From NCBI GenBank assembly GCA_977017575.1, contig CDRNVI010000063.1, positions 310,001-374,000 on the forward strand: a stretch of DNA of 64,000 nucleotides, written 5' to 3'. This DNA comes from Paramoeba atlantica (lineage: Eukaryota; Protista; Discosea). The translations under genes were made by a program, and so were the position numbers. The first letter of the stretch is position 1. Each line of letters begins with the position of its first letter. Below, piece by piece: positions 11,439 to 22,009 of this stretch. Below the pieces are notes generated by a model, which made no database searches, was not told the DNA's origin, and saw only the letters and a list, made by a program, of their open reading frames with translations.

Positions 11439-12043
11439 GCAGGAATCGAATACCGGTCGAGCAGAAAATTTGGTCCACTTTTATTTGGCCCCAACAAATT
11501 TCGTCCACATAAATTTTGGTCGGACTTTATTTTTCCTTTGGCGGCGGTCCAAAATACTTTTTGACTTTATTTTCAGTCGTTTTCAAAGTTTAGAACTCGT
11601 CATTAGAAATTTTTGCTTCTTTCAATCGACACTTCGTTTTTTAGTCTTCGTGTAATGTCTCAGTCTGTTGAATGGGTGCAGAAAATCTTTGATCAAGATA
11701 TTTACTCTACGCACGTAGGGTCCTCACTATAACACATATAGTGAGGCTAAAGTTAGAGCAATTTGAGAATTGTGTGTGACACGAAAGGTTGCAAGTGTTG
11801 TGAGCTACTGGAATAGCACACAAAGCAAAAACAATCTAAAAGTACGGTCCTTCATTTTCTGGAAAAAGAAAAATCTAATAACGATATCAAGCCTCGAGGG
11901 AGGCCAAGAAAATATATCTTTTTTGTTTCAATGCACGAAAAATTTGGCCCCAATAATTTTGGTCCACATAAATATTGGTCCGACTTTTTTTTCGAGCTCG
12001 AAGGACCAAATTAAAAAAATGTCAAATTTTTTGCTCGATCGGT

Positions 12044-12331
12044 ATGTCGAACGCAGTGGCCGAAGCGCTCGCGAGAGGCGAGGAGGTAGTTTTGGAGGAG
12101 TTAGTGTCGAGGGGGGCTGGCTCTTTGAAAGAAAAGTGGCTCGTGCCACGGATACACGTCATGGTATGGGAGCTACTTGGGAAGGTAGCGGGAAAAGTGG
12201 TGACTGAACTGGCTGCCGATTTGGGTGCCGAGGTTGATTTCACCGGAAAGTCGCTCTTACAGGGCATCATGGCAGGGGGGAAGAGTGCCAGTCTGGTACG
12301 CAAAGCCATCCAAAAGAAAGCAAGGAATTAA
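12044..12331 (+). CDS. Orphan ORF, 95 aa (MSNAVAEALARG...)
   Basis: ATG at 12044, amphipathic helical composition, GC-richer than its flanks. Confidence 0.45.
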   Translation: MSNAVAEALARGEEVVLEELVSRGAGSLKEKWLVPRIHVMVWELLGKVAGKVVTELAADLGAEVDFTGKSLLQGIMAGGKSASLVRKAIQKKARN

Positions 12332-12344
12332 GCCTTCCTTCATT

Positions 12345-12617
12345 ATGAAGGTATCATTGAACGAGTTAAAAGAGCTCATGGCAACACCCGAAAGCAGATC
12401 ACAGAACAGTGAGGCCCTGTCAAATGCAGCGGTGAAGCCAGCGACTTTCCACGAGCGTACAAGAGACTGGGACTCCTTAAAATATATCCTAGACGTCGCT
12501 AACGTCAGGGATGTAACGATGAATGATTTTTTGAGTGCAATGGAACTTCTAACCGAACAATGCAGTCAAATCCTGAACCAGGATAATTTTGTGCCACCCA
12601 AGAAATACGCCTTGTAG
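12345..12617 (+). CDS. Orphan ORF, 90 aa (MKVSLNELKEL...)
   Basis: ATG 13 nt after the previous stop; protein-like composition. Confidence 0.45.
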   Translation: MKVSLNELKELMATPESRSQNSEALSNAAVKPATFHERTRDWDSLKYILDVANVRDVTMNDFLSAMELLTEQCSQILNQDNFVPPKKYAL

Positions 12618-12733
12618 GTTGGTTCAATTGGTTCAGTTGGTTCGGTCGTGGTTCATTGAACCAAAAGGTACGTTAATACAACTTTTGGCAACTTTTTTCG
12701 ACAGAATGTACTTCTGTTGACAGAATGTAACAA

Positions 12734-14290
12734 CTACGAAGCGCTTACAAATACTTTCTTTTGTTCGCCATTCCCTCCCAACATTCGTTGGCTATACCGA
12801 ATTCTTTCCATGGCCTTTGCCTCCGCGTGTTCCCACCGTACACGTCGGAAGAACACAACATATCCTAATGCACCGCCAATGAGACCTAACACTGGGCCAA
12901 GCCATAAGCCACGAAACCTCATCCCTAGCTTGAAGGCAAACACCCACCCGAGAGGCACACCAATAGCATACAGCAATACAAAGAAAAAACCATACTTTGG
13001 ATAACCCATTCCTTTCACGATTCCGTTGCACACACAAACTGCGGCATCGAAAACGTGATATACTATGAGGAGAGGCATTACTTCACGATACAAACGTAAG
13101 AGTTCAGGATCACTGTTGTACAAACCCGGTACAACGTCCTGAGTAAACCACAATACAACAATATCGACAGTTGCTACGCCAGCCATAAGAATTGAAGTTG
13201 CTAATGCAGCTCGTCGCGCTTTCGAAATCTCACGAGCACCGAGAGCATTGCCGACCAAAATACCAGCGGCAATGCTAAGCCCCAGTGGGACCATATACAG
13301 AAGGGATAACACCTGCATACAAATAGACATGGTATCAAGTGTTTCCACACCGAGACGTCCGGAAGCTAATCCATTAAGTTCATACATGCCCCACTTACAA
13401 AATAGCATTAGGGCACTTGGAATGCCCAGTAACAAGAATTGTTTCCAATCCTTAAATGCCGCGAAACTGAATCCGTGCCATAATCCTCGATGCAGACTAC
13501 CTCGTAAAGCAATGTAGCCCACCGTAAAAATCACCATGCCTAGGAAAAACATTGTGATTGTTAACGGACATCCTGCGATTCCTTGTTCTTGTATCAGACC
13601 ATAAAACATAAAAGGACTCAGGCCCGTGAGCAAAAAGGATACAAGGACTACGGCGGTCAAATTGTGCACACACATTAGAAACTTTCTCAGCACTTCATAG
13701 AAGATGCAAAGTGGAAGATTTGCCAGGTTGTACAGGATGTACGTACCAGCCATAGCGGCAACTTCTGGTGTCTGCCCAATTCGCTGCAATATGGGAACAG
13801 CGAACATCCAGACCAATAAGACAGGTAAAGCGCATACGTGTAGAATCAGGATTGCACGCTGCACATACAACATGATGAGGGGACTCTTTGGGTCTGCCCC
13901 ATGGGCTTGAAACAGTAGTGTATCTAACGCATTGGCCATGCCGAATATGAAGGAAAATCCAAAACAGTTACAAAACATGATACCCATACAGGCTCCGGCC
14001 AAGTACTTTACACCGAGCAATTTACCAACAGAGCGAGAGGCGATGAGAAAGATTGCGAACTGACTAAATAAACTAAGACAAATTGGGATACCGATGTATA
14101 ATATTTTTCGTATTGTGTGCCATAATGTTTCTGAAGGAGGTAAGCAAACTTCCTCGAGTTCCTTTATTTGCAGCGCTTTTTCAGAATCTACCACATCTGG
14201 CAGTGGGTCACTGCCACCTAGGCCAAACCGAATGGACTCTTGCTCGTGCGGAAGACTGCCACACGTGAGAAAATCGTGTCCTGCACTCAT
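12734..14290 (-). CDS. MATE transporter, paralog B
   Basis: 518 aa, same motifs as paralog A, with long nucleotide-identical blocks. Confidence 0.96.
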   Translation of the reverse strand: MSAGHDFLTCGSLPHEQESIRFGLGGSDPLPDVVDSEKALQIKELEEVCLPPSETLWHTIRKILYIGIPICLSLFSQFAIFLIASRSVGKLLGVKYLAGACMGIMFCNCFGFSFIFGMANALDTLLFQAHGADPKSPLIMLYVQRAILILHVCALPVLLVWMFAVPILQRIGQTPEVAAMAGTYILYNLANLPLCIFYEVLRKFLMCVHNLTAVVLVSFLLTGLSPFMFYGLIQEQGIAGCPLTITMFFLGMVIFTVGYIALRGSLHRGLWHGFSFAAFKDWKQFLLLGIPSALMLFCKWGMYELNGLASGRLGVETLDTMSICMQVLSLLYMVPLGLSIAAGILVGNALGAREISKARRAALATSILMAGVATVDIVVLWFTQDVVPGLYNSDPELLRLYREVMPLLIVYHVFDAAVCVCNGIVKGMGYPKYGFFFVLLYAIGVPLGWVFAFKLGMRFRGLWLGPVLGLIGGALGYVVFFRRVRWEHAEAKAMERIRYSQRMLGGNGEQKKVFVSAS

Positions 14291-14655
14291 TTATTGCATG
14301 CACTATGACCTTGAATGATACCCACTTTCCAACTACTACTCATCGTCCTAGCGTTGAGACGCTCATGTGCGCATTAATTTCATAAATATTCTAATCATTA
14401 CTTGGTATTACGTATCAATAGCAATTCGTGTAGAACGATGTTAAACCTTGCAAGTTCATTCCAAATTTGTGAATTACTGTTCTTTCGTTTTATTTCTATC
14501 TATACTGGACTTATTCGGACATCGTCTTCAACTACACTGCTTTGAATAGGCAAAGCATGAACCCCAAGACGCGTGCTACACGTCCGCAAAATAAGATTCA
14601 TAATTTTAATGTTCGTATTCAGGACTTTATGAGTTCTGTTCACAAGTTTTAAGAC

Positions 14656-15744
14656 CTATTTTAGCGGGGTTCCTGGAATATTGTATATTCCTGCCAACAT
14701 TCCAGCAAGCTGTAGAGAGGTGGTAACACCTTCTGCCATACGATACTGAGTATCAGCGACAATGCGCAGTAAATGGAGTTGTAACTCGTGAACCCCGGGA
14801 TTGTTAACTTCGTAGAGTTTATTTTCTCCAGGTGAGTTACTTATTTTGAGTCTGTTATTTGCAGGTGTTACCAAATCCATAGTCTGAATTACTTTTGCAA
14901 CCGTCTGAACAACGTCCACTGGCACAAACCCACGATTTAATAAACCGGACATCTCTTTTAATGCAGTGCTCAAGTGCCCTTCCAATGCAGACGCGACAAT
15001 GTTCTCTACAATCTGCGGGTGCGGTTGGTCACACACTCGAAAAACATTCTCCGCGTTCACCAGCTCGAAACCTGTATGTGTTGCCTGTAAGGCATTTAAC
15101 GCATTTCTCATATCTCCTTCGGCAATGAAAAGTAAGGCCTCAATGCCATCTTCTGTGTAGACTACGTTCTCCCGTTCCGTGACGAATAACAACCGTGTGA
15201 GTATCTCTGAATTTTCCAGCCGGCTAAATCGGACGATTGCGCACCGACTTTGAATAGGTTCAATAATTTTCGTGCTCGTGTTACATGCGAGAGCAAATCG
15301 CGTTGTTGTGGAATGGACTTCCATTGTACGCCGGAGCGCTTGTTGTGCCGCGGGTGTCATACTATCTGCTTCGTCCAGAATCACAATCTTGTGACGACCA
15401 AGCGGCAAAGTAACCTTCTTTTGAGCAAACATTTTGATCTTATTGCGAACGACATCGAGGCCACGCTCATCACTGGCGTTGAGCTCCAGCACAGCCTCAG
15501 AAAATGCATCCCCCAGTAACTCTCTGGCGAGACAGAGAATACTGGTTGTTTTTCCTGTCCCTGGTGGGCCAGAAAGTAGAAGATTGGGCATGTTGCCCTC
15601 GCGAGCAATTACTTTTAAGCGCAGAACAATGTCTTCATTTCCAACTACCTCTTCCATGCTCTGGGGTCTGTACTTTTCAACCCATGGAAGTGTACTGTTT
15701 GGCACTGTTTCTGTTCCTCTAGATGACTCGGAAGCTGAAAGCAT
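14656..15744 (-). CDS. RFC4: Replication factor C small subunit (yeast Rfc4 / human RFC2 type)
   Basis: PWVEKYRP, GPPGTGKTT, LELNASDERG, KIVILDEADSMT and SRC motifs. Confidence 0.95.
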   Translation of the reverse strand: MLSASESSRGTETVPNSTLPWVEKYRPQSMEEVVGNEDIVLRLKVIAREGNMPNLLLSGPPGTGKTTSILCLARELLGDAFSEAVLELNASDERGLDVVRNKIKMFAQKKVTLPLGRHKIVILDEADSMTPAAQQALRRTMEVHSTTTRFALACNTSTKIIEPIQSRCAIVRFSRLENSEILTRLLFVTERENVVYTEDGIEALLFIAEGDMRNALNALQATHTGFELVNAENVFRVCDQPHPQIVENIVASALEGHLSTALKEMSGLLNRGFVPVDVVQTVAKVIQTMDLVTPANNRLKISNSPGENKLYEVNNPGVHELQLHLLRIVADTQYRMAEGVTTSLQLAGMLAGIYNIPGTPLK

Positions 15745-16212
15745 TGACCAAAGATAAAATTACGGTTTACGCTAAAAGTTCTATCTGCTTTTTGAATTTG
15801 AGAAAAGAGATTTTATGGTTTGGTCAAAAAGGACTTTTTCCCCCGATATATTTTTCTATTTTTTTGTAAAAATGATTACAGAACTTTCAAACTTCGAAAC
15901 CTTTTTTCTTAATATTTATACTCTTGGCTGGATAAAAAGCTTTACAAAGCATCCAACGCCTCGTCACAAGAACCCTTTGCCTTGGAAAATCTTTGCATCG
16001 CCTTGAGAAATTCTTCAAGTAAATGCTCGCCACGCAAGCTCATCTTTTTTTGTTCTCCCCTAAGCCCTACGCCCAGCTATCAGACCCTGCGGCAGTACTT
16101 TCTGTACATTTGCCAGACCACTTGCATACCACTGTTTTGCGCTAAATATTCGTAATATTTTAAGAATATGCTCTCCATTTTAAGAATAATAATTATTCTT
16201 AAAATTCTAAAG

Positions 16213-16450
16213 AAAATCTAGCATCCATGGGTAATCCCTGAGTTCCATAAGGCTTTCCCGGAGAACAGGGGACCGTGAATGCACCACATACAATAGTACA
16301 AATTAGTATTTGTGCACTAGTATAGATTATATTTGTACTGTATACTGTGTACTGTAGAAGCGCCAGAAAAGATCAGATATTTCAAAAAAGATCTAGCATA
16401 CATGGGTAATCCCTGAGTGCCATGAAGCAATAAAACAAACAAGGGACCTT
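16213..16450. repeat. Imperfect direct repeat of about 60 bp, 175 bp apart
   Basis: ATCTAGCAT.CATGGGTAATCCCTGAGT.CCAT at about 16216 and about 16391. Confidence 0.75.
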
Positions 16451-16647
16451 TGCACGCGATTATATCGGACAGTTCAGTCCAACTCAATTTTTATTAAGTA
16501 CCGTGGAATGTCAAGATAAAATACATTATTATTTTTTATCCTCCCGGTGCAGAATATCTCATTCAGCAATTTTACAATTTGAGAAGGCCAATTCAAGCTG
16601 CCAAAGGGAAGGCCGCCAAATCTGAATATCGCGTGATCAAATTTTTA

Positions 16648-17847
16648 TCACTGTATCACAAGCATTGTATTCGGGGCAAAAATTGGAGAATACGTACGGT
16701 GCAACCGCAAGATTGCATCCATATACTCCTGGTGATACATGTTAACAAGATGGGTAGCAGCCTCCGGATTTGTTTCCTTTCGTACAGCAATGGGTGCCCC
16801 GACGACAACACTGATGGGCACACGCCGTGGAAAAATGACCCAAGCACCCAAAGGAAGAAATGGGGCAAAACGAAGCACCTTTTGTAATTTTTGCTGGAGT
16901 TTTAAGATCCACGACCACTTGCTCCCAAGGTTGATGTACACCATATTTTCATTAAATGCGAAAGTCGGTACCAGCGATGCACCGGTTTGCATCGCAAGCT
17001 TAACGAAACCTTTGCGATTGCGTAGAATTAAACGGATTTCGTGTTCCGAGGAATACAAGGACTCCGCTGCGCCACCAAGAGCAATGCAAGTCGAAGAGCC
17101 CTCAGACGCACTCAGTTGACGAATGATTTGTTCCTTGCTCGCATTCCCTGCCCCACAACTGATTGGTACCTCTCTCCACAGAGGCAACAAAAATTGCAAT
17201 GAAAGTGTTTGTACGTTGCAGGAAAGTCCAGGATATGCAACTTTTAGTGCACACAAGTCTGTACCAAAGCAAGGCAATGCGCCAATGGCAAGAGCCCCGT
17301 GGGGGTGGTAACCAAACAAATAGTGCTTGGATGGATCAAGTTCTGAATCTGGGGTAAAAATGAGTGCTGTTTGATAGTAATCTCGCAATCCTTTTATGGC
17401 CCATTTGTGAATAAAGTGGTGAAAGAGATCGCTTCCCCATGTGGTGCGGTTAAAGATACCTTCTAATAGAACAGCAAGTACGTATCCGAACCAAAGACAA
17501 CGAAAAATACTGCTCTGATAGATTGCTATAGCTTGTATCACAAGAACGAGTGGCAGCCCAATAAAGTAATTGAAAAATGTTGCGCATAGAAAGTCGCATA
17601 CAATGTACAACCCTTTTTCCAAAATAGTATGCCTACTATACCTTGTACGCATCCTGATTTCTATTTCTTCTGCCTTCTGCAACAAATTTATCGATTCTCT
17701 TTCTACGTCCTTGGAAAGGGGTTTCGTTGTGATAATTTTTCTTAAAAACTCTGCATAAGTGTGTAAAAGACCGGATGATGAACTATCACATTGATTCCAT
17801 TGATCTAACTCTTTCAATATCAACTCTAGACATTCTGACACGGCCAT
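16648..17847 (-). CDS. DGAT2: Diacylglycerol acyltransferase 2 (DGAT2/MGAT family)
   Basis: YLFGYHPHG, GGAAE, RKGFVKLA and LVPTFAFNEN motifs. Confidence 0.92.
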   Translation of the reverse strand: MAVSECLELILKELDQWNQCDSSSSGLLHTYAEFLRKIITTKPLSKDVERESINLLQKAEEIEIRMRTRYSRHTILEKGLYIVCDFLCATFFNYFIGLPLVLVIQAIAIYQSSIFRCLWFGYVLAVLLEGIFNRTTWGSDLFHHFIHKWAIKGLRDYYQTALIFTPDSELDPSKHYLFGYHPHGALAIGALPCFGTDLCALKVAYPGLSCNVQTLSLQFLLPLWREVPISCGAGNASKEQIIRQLSASEGSSTCIALGGAAESLYSSEHEIRLILRNRKGFVKLAMQTGASLVPTFAFNENMVYINLGSKWSWILKLQQKLQKVLRFAPFLPLGAWVIFPRRVPISVVVGAPIAVRKETNPEAATHLVNMYHQEYMDAILRLHRTYSPIFAPNTMLVIQ

Positions 17848-18169
17848 GGGTTAAGCAACATTAGTGATTCAGCGAACGCAACCATACATTGAGATTCATG
17901 CAAACAGTATATTTACCAAAGAAAAACAGTTTCGCTTATTTGCATTGCGGAGCATATCTATCAGTAACATCAAGCTCGTCCTAAACAGAGAGTTGCCCTA
18001 AACATTACTTAAAGATAACTCACAATATTTTCTTACAGATCATTGTTAGAAGTAAGATAGGAAATATTTTGCAAGGCAAGACTACAAAAAAATCCTGCAA
18101 TCACTGTACAAAAGATCTGTTTCTCATAGAGGACATACCGAAACGTTTGCAGTATAGGACTTCTAAACA

Positions 18170-21100
18170 TCAGTCCAAGTGTACCTCGTAGCTGTCGTGT
18201 GGTAGAATTCCACCAACGCTCCGAGGAAGCACACCATCAGTAAATTCTTTCACACTCGAGAAGGGAACATTCCATGCCATTTCCTTTGAGGTTACATGAT
18301 GCAAACATGGCATCTTATCCGTACCACAGGATTGTGACTCCATTGTCGCAGACGCATGGGGTAAATCACTCTGGTGACTCGTACTCTCATCTTTCTTAAG
18401 ATTGGTGTACAAGTTTCTCCAAACTAGGCAGACACACAAATTGAGCAGACAACGACCCTGTTTTCGTGTTTCTGAGTAGATCATGGTGTCATCGATGGCA
18501 TTGTTAAACACCTTATCAAGTTCTCGCCAATCGTAATTCAGGCTTTTGAATACTTCAGAAGCTGACACCGGTGTCGTTAACGTTACTAACTGATGCCCAG
18601 GCAGTGATGTAAACAATTTTCGCCACTGGGCAACCCACTGTTCTGGAATATACTCCGCTGCGTAAGTTTGCAGATCGTATGGCACATAGTTTGTGATTTC
18701 AAAGTCCAAAGACACTTCTGCATTTCCATCAGTATGTACTCCTTTTGTATTTTTCTCGCCTACCGCATCATGAGCACTTTGAATTAGGCGCAATGTCTTC
18801 AAAGCAGGAGAAAGTCGTTGAACTTGCTCAACGAGTTCCGCAGAACTACAATTATACGTTGTGCAAAGTTCTTTCAACAAATCCGGCTCCATGGTAAACA
18901 GTTGATTGTGTTTGCAAGCTATCCAGCGGTTATAAAATTCACTGATGGCTATAGTACCAAACTTCTCCGTTATCTCGCTATTTGTGCGCCCAGATAAAAC
19001 TATTCGATGTTCCGGTGAAATTTCACCTGGGAGATTTACAATGGCCTTCACCCCCGTCTCAACCTCGTTTTGAAGGATAGCCGTACGAGAAAAACAAAAG
19101 TAAGCTGGATATTCAAGACTGCGTCCTATCCATTGCAGGACTCGCTCATGTTCATCCGCCTCAGAAGACTTACAAGATTCTTTGGGCATTCTTTCGCCCA
19201 GCGCGGTTGGAAGTCCTTCCGAGGTGTGTAGTATGGTTACGTCCAATTGCTTTTCCTGGCTTCCCTCTACGGTTGTATCGCTCGCTGTCTTGCTATCTAC
19301 CGTTTTGTCTACTGCATTTCTCTCGCCTGAACCACCGCTGACTAATGGATCAGATCTCAGACGATTAGTCGGTGTTACAGTGGAAGACATGGATAGTCGA
19401 ATAAAAATTTCCCATAAAGCCGTGGCATCACTAAGGGCACGGTGTAAATCTCCTTCAATCGAAATGGCTAATTCTTGTAGCATATTACTCAAACGAAACG
19501 AACTCAAACCGGTCTCCGGAGATTTATCACGAGAAAAACGTAACAGCGGTATGGAGTCTACAAAATGCACCCCGGAAGGCAGTGTAAGTTTTTCCTCTTG
19601 CAATTGACGAAGAAGAATTCGCTCGTCAAGCTTTCGGCTATTGTGGGCAATGAGTAGAACTTCCTCCTTGGTGCTTCGGTCGGGGGTTAAAAATTCCAGT
19701 ATGCGTGGGGCCGCATCTCGCCACGTTGGTGCGTGCCCCACGTCTTCATTGGAGAGCCCATGGATTGCAATCACTTTTGGAGGTATTCGGGTCTCCGGGT
19801 TGATCAAGGTACTAAACGAACGACGATTCAATGCGTCGTACATGGCAAACTCCACAATGCGGTCTCTTTGTATATTCAGTCCCGTAGATTCAATGTCGTA
19901 GGTAATGATGCGATACCGATTCAGCAAACCTCTTTTAGCAATAAAAGAGGATATTCTCGAACTCTGTGCTGTCTTAGTATCGCGGGACACACCTCGAAGT
20001 TCACTATAACTTGCTAAGATGGAGAGCGGCAAGGAAGGTACCACTTGCGCTGTGTACGCAAGCTCCGTCACGGCATATACGTACGGCGAGTGCCCAGCAT
20101 CAAATGGGTCTGCGGATTCTTGTCCTGCCTCTCCAAACTGAATCGTGCCTCCGAAATATAGCGCTTCTAAATGTTTCATATCGTCCCATCTCCATTGTTG
20201 GTGCATTTCTAAAGGTACCGAACTGGGAATGTAAGTTCTTAGCAAATTCCGAAAAAGTTGCAACTCCGATCCTATTTCTGATAAGGTCTGTCCGAAATTC
20301 CCAATTTTCTGAGAAAACGAACGCCTATCCTGAAGCGCTAAAGAATATTCTGAGTGGAACTGCAGTAAAGAAAACGCGTTCAACTCATTCTGTGATTTAG
20401 TAGACAAGAAAACAGCGAAGTCCTGCAGGTACTGATGTTGCATATCGCAATTCCATGGTGTTAAATGCGACACTATATCATCGTTTTTTTCTTCCTGGCG
20501 ATACTGCAGTTGCATGTCCGTGAAACATCTCATGTTTATTTGACTTAATTTATCGGCCATTGTTGAGCACCAAAAATAGCCACCACGCGAGAGAAAAGCA
20601 ATGAACGGTGTACTGTGTAAAAGCGCGGAACATGAACTCAACATTTTCCTTAAATCGCGTACCACAATTACACGAGTAGCAGATATTATCTCATTTATCT
20701 GCACTTCGTCACTACAATCTTTCGAATCTTCTTCTCCGGATTTCAATTTATTGATACGTAGCAAATGTTTTCCAGAGCGACCTATAAATTCTATTTCTCC
20801 GTTGGTGGTCAAACTTAAGAATAGGTGAGGTAAAAGTAAAGTGTCGATCATATTCGTCGGCAAACGCAAGCATCCCTTACGATATACTAGGTGATCAACT
20901 TTGTTTGATGCATAAATATGTGGAACACGGCCAATACCGCCATACTGCATTAATTCCAGTTCTCTGAACGAGACGGAAGCTCCTAGAAGGTAATTTTTTG
21001 TCCGCTCATGAATTCTCTGTATCTTTGTCATCACCGAGGAGAGATCTAAAGGAGACTTGCTAGCCGACGAGAATTGTAGTGGAACAATGCGATGATGCGC

Positions 21101-22009
21101 GGCATCATGTTGATCGCCATCTTCCCCTTTTGGAATTTCAGCAATCAAAGAACTAAATAATAAAGTCGTGATATCGACAGGCAGTACGATTGCCATACAA
21201 CAAATCGCGAGAGTAGAAACCTCAGAATTCCATCGAAAAAACTGATGAGTTAAAATTTTACAAGCTTCACTTACTCCTATTGCAGCAATCGTTTCGAGCG
21301 CGCCTTGCTCAGTAAACAAGTGAATTCTGAAGTTAATCGTTTCCGGATCATGCATCCAGTGTGATGGTAATTGAGCCATGTGTGACTCCGATATACAAGT
21401 ATGATGTTCGGATAAGACTCGACAGTTAGAGTCACCTTCCGCTAGGCGAACAATGCATGTATTCTTGCTGTGAATTTTCTCTCCTGATAAGCTTTTGTTG
21501 AGCGAGTCCATTCTATTGAACATTCGCATAATTATTTGTGTCTTCTTGCGAAGCTCATGTATGAGAGATCGAATCCAAATCTTGGGGAAGTGTGTGTCTT
21601 TTTGTAAAAGGTGAAAAATAAGTGGAGAATTGGCCTTTTGATCAATGAAAAGATCATTTTCTTGTCCTTCAGGATCTGGAATTATATCATCTTTCGAAGC
21701 CGCATTATAGACTTTGAAAATCCAAGTCGTTAGCTTTACAACAGAATTTGCCGCCGTCAAACAAATTGAAGCTTTCCGATGAGGAGGTTCTTGCCTATAC
21801 TCATCGCACGAAACTTTCTTCCACACTTTCGCCACGCATGAATTATTCCTGTCGGCATGAAGTTCCAAAACATGTATCTGACCTTCCCAGTACGCTCGAG
21901 TAAAGCTATATAACGGAACAGGACCAGGAAACTCAATAGATATTCGCTTAGATGAGCGAAAGTAAACAGGGCCTGGACGCAATACAGGTGCGAAATAAAG
22001 AAATCGCAT
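18170..22009 (-). CDS. 1279-aa protein with a central DEDDh (DnaQ-like) 3'-5' exonuclease domain
   Basis: YDIESTG, IAHNSRKLD and HRALSDA motifs intact; long flanks of unknown fold. Confidence 0.88.
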   Translation of the reverse strand: MRFLYFAPVLRPGPVYFRSSKRISIEFPGPVPLYSFTRAYWEGQIHVLELHADRNNSCVAKVWKKVSCDEYRQEPPHRKASICLTAANSVVKLTTWIFKVYNAASKDDIIPDPEGQENDLFIDQKANSPLIFHLLQKDTHFPKIWIRSLIHELRKKTQIIMRMFNRMDSLNKSLSGEKIHSKNTCIVRLAEGDSNCRVLSEHHTCISESHMAQLPSHWMHDPETINFRIHLFTEQGALETIAAIGVSEACKILTHQFFRWNSEVSTLAICCMAIVLPVDITTLLFSSLIAEIPKGEDGDQHDAAHHRIVPLQFSSASKSPLDLSSVMTKIQRIHERTKNYLLGASVSFRELELMQYGGIGRVPHIYASNKVDHLVYRKGCLRLPTNMIDTLLLPHLFLSLTTNGEIEFIGRSGKHLLRINKLKSGEEDSKDCSDEVQINEIISATRVIVVRDLRKMLSSCSALLHSTPFIAFLSRGGYFWCSTMADKLSQINMRCFTDMQLQYRQEEKNDDIVSHLTPWNCDMQHQYLQDFAVFLSTKSQNELNAFSLLQFHSEYSLALQDRRSFSQKIGNFGQTLSEIGSELQLFRNLLRTYIPSSVPLEMHQQWRWDDMKHLEALYFGGTIQFGEAGQESADPFDAGHSPYVYAVTELAYTAQVVPSLPLSILASYSELRGVSRDTKTAQSSRISSFIAKRGLLNRYRIITYDIESTGLNIQRDRIVEFAMYDALNRRSFSTLINPETRIPPKVIAIHGLSNEDVGHAPTWRDAAPRILEFLTPDRSTKEEVLLIAHNSRKLDERILLRQLQEEKLTLPSGVHFVDSIPLLRFSRDKSPETGLSSFRLSNMLQELAISIEGDLHRALSDATALWEIFIRLSMSSTVTPTNRLRSDPLVSGGSGERNAVDKTVDSKTASDTTVEGSQEKQLDVTILHTSEGLPTALGERMPKESCKSSEADEHERVLQWIGRSLEYPAYFCFSRTAILQNEVETGVKAIVNLPGEISPEHRIVLSGRTNSEITEKFGTIAISEFYNRWIACKHNQLFTMEPDLLKELCTTYNCSSAELVEQVQRLSPALKTLRLIQSAHDAVGEKNTKGVHTDGNAEVSLDFEITNYVPYDLQTYAAEYIPEQWVAQWRKLFTSLPGHQLVTLTTPVSASEVFKSLNYDWRELDKVFNNAIDDTMIYSETRKQGRCLLNLCVCLVWRNLYTNLKKDESTSHQSDLPHASATMESQSCGTDKMPCLHHVTSKEMAWNVPFSSVKEFTDGVLPRSVGGILPHDSYEVHLD

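Noticed and set aside
16213-16450. Solo LTR or mini-LTR element
   Set aside because: The repeats are only about 60 bp, lack TG..CA ends, PBS and PPT, and fit a local duplication
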